A stretch of 54,262 nt of DNA from a virus (Duplodnaviria; Caudoviricetes), in IMG/VR virus record IMGVR_UViG_3300042935_001150, positions 1-54,262 of that record; one strand, 5' to 3'. The number at the start of each line of letters is the position of its first letter. Position 1 is the first letter of the stretch. Below, in pieces: positions 48,411 through 54,262 of the stretch. The notes beneath the pieces were generated by a model. That model was given only the letters and a program-made list of their open reading frames with translations, was not told the DNA's origin and did no database searches. The position numbers and the translations under genes are program-made.

Positions 48411-48830
48411 TTACTTGCTGGAGTTGGTCGTCGAAAAGTTTCCCAGGTCTGAAACCTGTTCACTGATAAATCCGTCAAAATTACTAGAATTTTTCATTAA
48501 GTACAGCGCATTTTCAGGCGTATACTCTAGTTCGTCATCCATGTTTTGGCCTTTTAAGTCAACCGGAGCTAGTTGCTCAAGATAACTTAATTTAAACCCT
48601 TTCCACCCTTTAACAGCATTCTCAACATATAGTTGCAAGAATAAATCTTCATTAAATTCTTCTGCTGCTTGACGGTTTTTGAAGCTTGTTTTGGTAGACT
48701 TCTTACGAATCGACAAAAGTGTTTCACGAGATAAAAATGCCAAATCAACAACAAAACCAGGCATCCCAGGATATTCTACCTGTACTGATTTAGAAGGAAC
48801 TAACAGTGTTTTTAAAGAGAGAGTAGTCAT
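48411..48830 (-). CDS. tail assembly chaperone (gpG-like, T5 p139-like)
   Basis: Position between the tail tube and tape measure genes, VKGWKG motif. Confidence 0.82.
   Translation of the reverse strand: MTTLSLKTLLVPSKSVQVEYPGMPGFVVDLAFLSRETLLSIRKKSTKTSFKNRQAAEEFNEDLFLQLYVENAVKGWKGFKLSYLEQLAPVDLKGQNMDDELEYTPENALYLMKNSSNFDGFISEQVSDLGNFSTTNSSK
48438..48444 (-). other. -1 programmed ribosomal frameshift site G GGA AAC
   Basis: X XXY YYZ heptamer in the correct phase. The -1 frame reads LFDDQLQQVNAQLVNYIQNM into the next ORF. Confidence 0.85.
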
Positions 48831-48847
48831 TTTATAATAATAAGTTT

Positions 48848-48879
48848 AAAAAGAGAGACTGGAGATCAACCCAGTCTCT
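48848..48879 (-). terminator. intrinsic terminator after the tail tube gene
   Basis: AGAGACTGG-8 nt-CCAGTCTCT followed by CTTTTT on minus. Confidence 0.75.
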
Positions 48880-48898
48880 ATAAAAATGCAGTGGCTAA

Positions 48899-50083
48899 TT
48901 AAGCTGCTGCGTAATAAGAAACTTCGAGTTCATTCTTGGCTTCAATATCGTAAGCACCGCCTACAGCTGCACCTTGTGGGTTCAGAGTAATTGAAGTAGA
49001 AATAACTTGTTCAGAAGTAATAGTTGGAATTGTCAACATAGTTGTTGGCATTGACAAACTCATGCGGTTTGCATTATTTGATCCACCTAAATCAACTGTT
49101 ACTGCAAATTTGTTTTCTGTAGAGCTTGAGCTAGCAGTTAACAAGTCGCTTAACAACTGAGCGCTTTCATTTGTACCTGTCTTTAAATAAGCAGTTACAG
49201 TAGCAGAAATAGCACGTGAGCCAGTAAAATAAGTAATAGGCTGATTAACCACACCCAAATTAGCAGGTGTCAGATATGTCAAACTGTTATTGATAGTAAT
49301 GCTACCACCAGTAATAGCTACAGTATAAGTTTTAGCAGTTAATCCGCCAAAGGCCAATGCAGCAATGCTCATTGTAGACAACTTGTTAGCAATATACTTA
49401 GCATCAGTATCTTTGTACTTAGCTACTCCGGCTAATCCGCCGCTTAAAGCAACAGTACCAGCACTAGGAGCTGCGATTGTGACAGAAGCTAATTGACGCA
49501 TTGAAGTACCTTTACCAGCCCAGGTAACAGAAGCAATTGCATCTAAACCAAAGTCAATAGTAGCAGAATCAACGGCGCAATTATCAATTGCATAAGCAAC
49601 TGCTTCAAATACAATAATTAATCCAAAGGCTTGTAGTTGGTGAGCGTTAGACTTATCAAAAGCAACTTTAGAAACTGGAGTAAGACCTGGAGTAGCTGTC
49701 CAACCAGCGCCTGCACCACCAATAGCTGTAGTTCCGGCCATGGCGTTCCATAACACTGACTCTTCGCAAGCAATATAGTCATCTGCATCAGCAGCAACGT
49801 TAATTACAGTGCCTTCTTCAAATTTAGGGCGAATATAAGTAGCAAAATTCCAATCAACTGGCTCTAAGCTAGTGTTGAAACTGCGTTGACCGCGAATAGG
49901 TGTTGCACCTGCTTCGTTTAAGGTAACTGTTTCAGTACCTGTATTTTGTGAGAATGAGAACCCGTCTTGAACTTGAATCTCAAACGTATTTGTAGCGGTA
50001 AAACCTGTAGCGGCTACGCGATTACTTGTATCCAGATTAGTCGTGAAAAATACGCGACTATTGCGAATTAAATTTAATGCCAT
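48899..50083 (-). CDS. major tail tube protein (T5 pb6-like)
   Basis: NTFEIQV.DGFSFSQ, RGQRSFNTSL.P.DW.F.TYIRP and YLTP.NLG motifs, plus synteny. Confidence 0.88.
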   Translation of the reverse strand: MALNLIRNSRVFFTTNLDTSNRVAATGFTATNTFEIQVQDGFSFSQNTGTETVTLNEAGATPIRGQRSFNTSLEPVDWNFATYIRPKFEEGTVINVAADADDYIACEESVLWNAMAGTTAIGGAGAGWTATPGLTPVSKVAFDKSNAHQLQAFGLIIVFEAVAYAIDNCAVDSATIDFGLDAIASVTWAGKGTSMRQLASVTIAAPSAGTVALSGGLAGVAKYKDTDAKYIANKLSTMSIAALAFGGLTAKTYTVAITGGSITINNSLTYLTPANLGVVNQPITYFTGSRAISATVTAYLKTGTNESAQLLSDLLTASSSSTENKFAVTVDLGGSNNANRMSLSMPTTMLTIPTITSEQVISTSITLNPQGAAVGGAYDIEAKNELEVSYYAAA

Positions 50084-50167
50084 ACTCTTTCCTTTATGAT
50101 TTTTTGGAAATACTTAAGCACTGTGACTAGATATTTATCTGTTGTCGTACTTGTATAAATCCGAGAG

Positions 50168-50608
50168 TTATACTAATGCATAGCGCACTTGTAGATTGAT
50201 TTCACCGACACCATAAGGAGCTAATAGCCCTTCGTCAGTAGTTATTGACTGAATTAATATTTCAGTAGTTGAAAGGTTATTAGTAACGTCATATACTAAT
50301 ACACGATTATTGTTGATTACAGTTTCAAGATCGTTTATTAAATCTTCTAACTGCTGCTGGGCTTCGTTTTCGCTACGTACGTATACTTTAACACTAATGT
50401 TTAAAAAGCCCCAAGTAAAGTCGGCCGGATGATACTCACGTATTTCTGTGCCTGCTGTAAGATACACACAAGGGAAGTCTTGAACTTCATCCCAAAACTT
50501 AAGTTTAGGATAGCTGTTATCAAATAGATCTGAAGTATACGGAGCATTTCCATCTATTATTTTAAATTTTTCAGCTAAGGCTGTTACAATACTAATTCTT
50601 TTTGTCAT
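50168..50608 (-). CDS. tail terminator protein (T5 p142-like)
   Basis: FWDEVQDFP...G.E.REY and I.TDEGLL.PYGVGEI motifs. Confidence 0.8.
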   Translation of the reverse strand: MTKRISIVTALAEKFKIIDGNAPYTSDLFDNSYPKLKFWDEVQDFPCVYLTAGTEIREYHPADFTWGFLNISVKVYVRSENEAQQQLEDLINDLETVINNNRVLVYDVTNNLSTTEILIQSITTDEGLLAPYGVGEINLQVRYALV

Positions 50609-52224
50609 AGTGATACTGCCCTTAAATTATTAGATACTACTTGTTGTGCAATTTCTCTAATTGATTTAGAGATTAATAATTTGGGGTCTCTGGTTGCCGG
50701 TATGGACTGACGTCCGCCAGCGCTAAATGTTGCATATGGATTTTTCATATATGAATAAAAAGCAGTAATAAAACCATCACGACTACTTGTTAAACGTTCT
50801 ACTTGTACGGTACTAGCAAATCTACCAGTTCTATAATTAAGAACATTCCTACTACCACCATCACCCATGTTGGCACTTATTACATCTTGAAGTTGACTAT
50901 TTATTAAAGCTGTTAAACTAAAAAGATTTAAACTAGTTTGATTACTTGTAGCCGCTTTATTAGCACTTGCTTTTAAGCCACCAGATTTAGTTTTTGCAGT
51001 AGCTTTAGCATCTGTTTTTAGTAAGGCATGCGTTTTAACAGTACCTTTGGCTTTAGCCGTAGAAGTTTTTACAACTCTTGGAGACTTATTACCTTTTAAA
51101 TTTTCTACAAGTAAATCATTTATATACTCAGATAAAGAAGGAGAGGCTCCAGTATTTATACCAGTATCGTCTAATAATCCGCCTTTGAATTTATTTCTTG
51201 CCTGTTCTGCAATAGTCGGTAAAATAGTATTGCCAATATAGGCTTTAATTCTTGCTAACTCTTGTGTACGCAAAGTATTTGTATTAAATGCTGATGGCAT
51301 TGTTACTACAAATGAAAATTGCATATCTAGCATTTTTCCTGCTTTTTCTGTAAAGTTTTGTTTAAACTTTATTTCGTAATTAGCGTCTAAATATAAGTCA
51401 GCTATTGCTAACTCTAATCCTTCGGACTTTTCTTTACCTGACAGCAGAAACTGTCTTTCTTGTGCTAAAGGCATATTAATACCTATTAGCTTATCATTTA
51501 CATCAAATGCTGCAGTATGTCCTGCATTAATAAAATCACCGATAGTAAAACGATTCTGCGTACTAGAAGAAGCACTATACGGTTTTAATTCAATATCATA
51601 ACTCTTGGAAAATGCTTCTCGCAGAGCTTTATTTAAAGCTGTATTTACTTTTTCTACAGCACCATTAAAAGTTGGGGCTATTACAACATAAGCATTTTTG
51701 CCTAAATTTTCTACAATAGAAGCTGCGTCTGACGCTATAAAAACACCTAAGGCTTTTCCTTGTGTTCTGAGCTTAAACTGAAAAGTTGTTGTAGCATTTC
51801 TATACCCAATATAACTTGAACGTTTTGCTAGAGTATTTACTAAACTATCAAAATCTTTTTCTACTTTAGCAATAAAAGGCAGAAAAGGTTTTTGCGGTAT
51901 AGTTAGCAATGCTGTTTCAATTGTATCGTGCAAAAACTTAATTAGTTTTTCTTTTTTAGGAAACCTAGACTTTATGTAATCATCATTACCTGAGAAATTA
52001 CTAAAGCCTAAATTAGCAGCTAGTTCTTTTACTATTAGATCTATATCTACAATATAAAAAGTAGGTAAATTAGCATCAATAAGGTCACGTAACTTTTTTG
52101 ATTCTAGTTTGGCAACATCAAAGTCCTTATACAATGCACTTTTCTGAACCTTAGTATTTGCAGCAGCTAAAGCACTACCAGATATCATGTCTAATAATCT
52201 GGAGAAATGAAGCTTTCTTGCCAT
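50605..52224 (-). CDS. tail completion protein (T5 p143-like) with long N-terminal extension
   Basis: C-terminal LNYRTGRFA...Y.YMKNPY.TF...RDP..LI..SIREIA, plus synteny. Confidence 0.7.
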   Translation of the reverse strand: MARKLHFSRLLDMISGSALAAANTKVQKSALYKDFDVAKLESKKLRDLIDANLPTFYIVDIDLIVKELAANLGFSNFSGNDDYIKSRFPKKEKLIKFLHDTIETALLTIPQKPFLPFIAKVEKDFDSLVNTLAKRSSYIGYRNATTTFQFKLRTQGKALGVFIASDAASIVENLGKNAYVVIAPTFNGAVEKVNTALNKALREAFSKSYDIELKPYSASSSTQNRFTIGDFINAGHTAAFDVNDKLIGINMPLAQERQFLLSGKEKSEGLELAIADLYLDANYEIKFKQNFTEKAGKMLDMQFSFVVTMPSAFNTNTLRTQELARIKAYIGNTILPTIAEQARNKFKGGLLDDTGINTGASPSLSEYINDLLVENLKGNKSPRVVKTSTAKAKGTVKTHALLKTDAKATAKTKSGGLKASANKAATSNQTSLNLFSLTALINSQLQDVISANMGDGGSRNVLNYRTGRFASTVQVERLTSSRDGFITAFYSYMKNPYATFSAGGRQSIPATRDPKLLISKSIREIAQQVVSNNLRAVSL

Positions 52225-52790
52225 TATGTAAAGTCCGCCACGTATTGATCTAAAACACGCTTAATTGTAGCGGGTAAGTTAGTTGATGCAACGTAATTAA
52301 TTTGTGTAGTATTAGGGTTTAAATCGCGGCTACTGTGTACAGCCCCGTTATTTCTTGAATAGTACTCGACTAAATCTAATACTGCTAACTTTAAGTCGCC
52401 TGGGATTGGATCAAATCCGCCAAAATAACTTACACGATATCCATTAATTAATTCTGGAAATCCACCAGGAGCCAGACTAATTACAGAGTCGCCTTTTATA
52501 ACCCAGTCTTCGAACTTTACTAAACTTGTATACGTTTTACCATAATCTGAACTATATGCTACTGAAGATACACTTACAACGGGAGTTTCTTTTAATAAGA
52601 TCTCTTTAAATCCACCATCAAAAACTTCAACCTTTATATCGCTGTAGTAATCTACAAAAGTGCGACGGCAGTATGATTTTACCAAGTCACTGACTTTAGG
52701 TATTAAGAAATCTATTTCTGCGTCTGAATTTGTACTAGTAATCCCCATGTAAGATTTGTACTCAGATTTTGTTATTAAATCTATTGCCAT
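52224..52790 (-). CDS. head completion/head-tail connector protein (T5 p144-like)
   Basis: Start moved to MAIDLIT (GAGGT RBS). VS.LVK.YC.R.F and IP.DLKLA motifs. Confidence 0.8.
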   Translation of the reverse strand: MAIDLITKSEYKSYMGITSTNSDAEIDFLIPKVSDLVKSYCRRTFVDYYSDIKVEVFDGGFKEILLKETPVVSVSSVAYSSDYGKTYTSLVKFEDWVIKGDSVISLAPGGFPELINGYRVSYFGGFDPIPGDLKLAVLDLVEYYSRNNGAVHSSRDLNPNTTQINYVASTNLPATIKRVLDQYVADFT

Positions 52791-52833
52791 AAATACCTCA
52801 CTTGTTTTATAAAGGCACAATATACCTTTATAA

Positions 52834-52857
52834 AACAAGACCCCGAAGGGTCTTGTT
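52834..52857 (-). terminator. intrinsic terminator after the capsid gene
   Basis: AACAAGACCC-TTCG-GGGTCTTGTT followed by TTAT on minus. Confidence 0.8.
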
Positions 52858-52875
52858 AACAATTACACTAGCAGA

Positions 52876-54243
52876 TCAGGTTGCTGTGTACTTGTGTGCT
52901 GCAACAGCGTTACCTAAATTAGTAGTAACACGTGTCATGCCGGTACGGAGGCTAGCCACCATAACGCGACGTTGTGTTTCAACCAATTCTTGGGTATCAA
53001 TGCGGAGACCGCGCTGGTTACCAACGATAAAGTTGCCTGGGTGCAATGCAATAGCGCCTGCAACACCAGTACCTGGGGAAGCGAACTCTGCAGAGACCAA
53101 CACAGGGCTTCCACCGATTTGACCGATTTGACCGGTTAACAGTGTAGCTTGTGTACCAACTTGGTTCATTGTTTGGAAGGTTGTGTCTTCCAGCAATTGG
53201 TAATAAGTATCAGTATTAATGATATAAATTACTTCTGATGGATCCAGACCCCATGCACCTAAACCTTGACGCAATGTGCGAAGCTTAGCAACGTTCATGC
53301 CGGCGGCAATAGTGTTACCAGTAGCAGTGGTGTTAGTAGCCCAGTTTGCCAAACCTTTGACAGGGTCGGAACCAGAACCAGCACCTAACAAGAAAGCCTT
53401 GTCAACGGCGCGAGCAACACGACGAATCATACCGTCACGAATCATTGGCATCAAAGCGATCAAAGAATCTTCTTCTTCTTCGTATGCGGTATACTCGTTT
53501 GTAGCAAGTTTATAAGCATTCAAAGTGATTTCTTTGAAAGCGTGGGTTTGTGTAGCACCAGCAGAAGCGCCAATAGTTGATGTACCAGGAGTAGCAGCAA
53601 CGTTACCAAACTCAGCGTTAGTAACCCAAGTAGCAGTTCCTGCTTCTGGATTCACTGGCATGGTCATCACATTGGTTTGCATAGCAATGTTGCGGAAAAT
53701 AGGAGCAACAACTAAGCGACGACGAACTTCATTTTCCATGTTTAATGAAACTTCAAGTTCCCAAGTACCAGTTGTACCTGAAGGCTGGTGAGCACCGTAT
53801 TTTTGTACTAGTTCACGACCAAATTTTGTGCCGTCCAATGACTTACCAGCCATCTTAGCCAACATAATTGCTTTTTCTTTGTCAGCGTAAGCCAAAACGT
53901 CTTTGCTGTCTTGGAAAGACATTTTTGATTTTGTGATTGCTTCGATTTCAGCAGCTTTTTCTTTCAAAGAAGCCTCTAAACCAGCGATAACTGATTTGCT
54001 TGAATCTTCAGCAGCAGCTAAACGCTTCTCAACTTCGGCCATCAAGCGCTCAGCACCTGTGTCGCCAGTAGAGATAGAAGCAACAGCGGCTTTAACGCGT
54101 GCATCTAATTCGGCTTCTGATTTGTCAGCAGCGGCTTTTTCGGCCAATGCTTTTGCCTGTGAGTCGGCGATGGCTTTAGCAGTGAGCTCAGCCGCTTTGT
54201 TAGCTGCATCAGCCAACATTTGTTCTAATTGTTTAGGATCCAT
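52876..54243 (-). CDS. major capsid protein, HK97 fold with N-terminal coiled-coil scaffold domain (T5 pb8-like)
   Basis: 455 aa with Ala/Lys/Glu-rich N-terminus, VDKAFLLG.G...P.KGL and G.I.G.PV motifs. Confidence 0.92.
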   Translation of the reverse strand: MDPKQLEQMLADAANKAAELTAKAIADSQAKALAEKAAADKSEAELDARVKAAVASISTGDTGAERLMAEVEKRLAAAEDSSKSVIAGLEASLKEKAAEIEAITKSKMSFQDSKDVLAYADKEKAIMLAKMAGKSLDGTKFGRELVQKYGAHQPSGTTGTWELEVSLNMENEVRRRLVVAPIFRNIAMQTNVMTMPVNPEAGTATWVTNAEFGNVAATPGTSTIGASAGATQTHAFKEITLNAYKLATNEYTAYEEEEDSLIALMPMIRDGMIRRVARAVDKAFLLGAGSGSDPVKGLANWATNTTATGNTIAAGMNVAKLRTLRQGLGAWGLDPSEVIYIINTDTYYQLLEDTTFQTMNQVGTQATLLTGQIGQIGGSPVLVSAEFASPGTGVAGAIALHPGNFIVGNQRGLRIDTQELVETQRRVMVASLRTGMTRVTTNLGNAVAAHKYTAT

Positions 54244-54262
54244 TTCCCATTCCTTTTTAATT

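Noticed and set aside
52791-52862. N-terminal extension MLTRPFGVLF... of the head completion ORF (likewise the track starts at 1067, 7447 and 15034)
   Set aside because: These extensions run through terminators or upstream genes, and better starts with an RBS lie downstream.
1420-53791. Plus-strand ORFs in the track (e.g. 1420-1734, 12385-12903, 28508-29275, 45778-46302, 53525-53791)
   Set aside because: All lie antisense to well-supported minus-strand genes, show no recognisable motifs, and are explained by codon bias and repeats.
1-54262. Stop-codon reassignment, tRNA genes or introns
   Set aside because: Genes tile densely in the standard code, and the short gaps show no cloverleaf or intron-like insertions by eye.

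Overview
This is about 54 kb of the late (virion and lysis) region of an AT-rich tailed dsDNA phage, and every credible gene is on the minus strand. Reading right to left, it starts with a T5-like head/tail backbone: major capsid, head completion, tail completion, terminator, tail tube, frameshifted tail chaperones and tape measure. A lambda-like tail tip follows (Dit/gpM-like, DUF1833-like, NlpC/P60-gpI-gpJ fusion). Next is an unusually large (~27 kb) fibre/adhesin array with a 2099-aa collagen-like protein and several modular adhesins that share N-terminal peptides. A heme oxygenase plus PcyX-like bilin reductase pair sits inside that array. The window ends with a GT2-TPR glycosyltransferase, spanins, a GH19 endolysin and a run of small membrane or exported proteins. 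Four near-perfect sigma70 promoters and several intrinsic terminators punctuate the region. The strongest candidates for new biology are (i) a plug-and-socket branched receptor-binding system built on the collagen scaffold, (ii) bilin synthesis embedded in a fibre operon, and (iii) probable fibre glycosylation. Family assignments come from recognising motifs and gene order by eye, and no searches were run. No tRNA, rRNA, CRISPR array, integrase or reverse transcriptase was seen.
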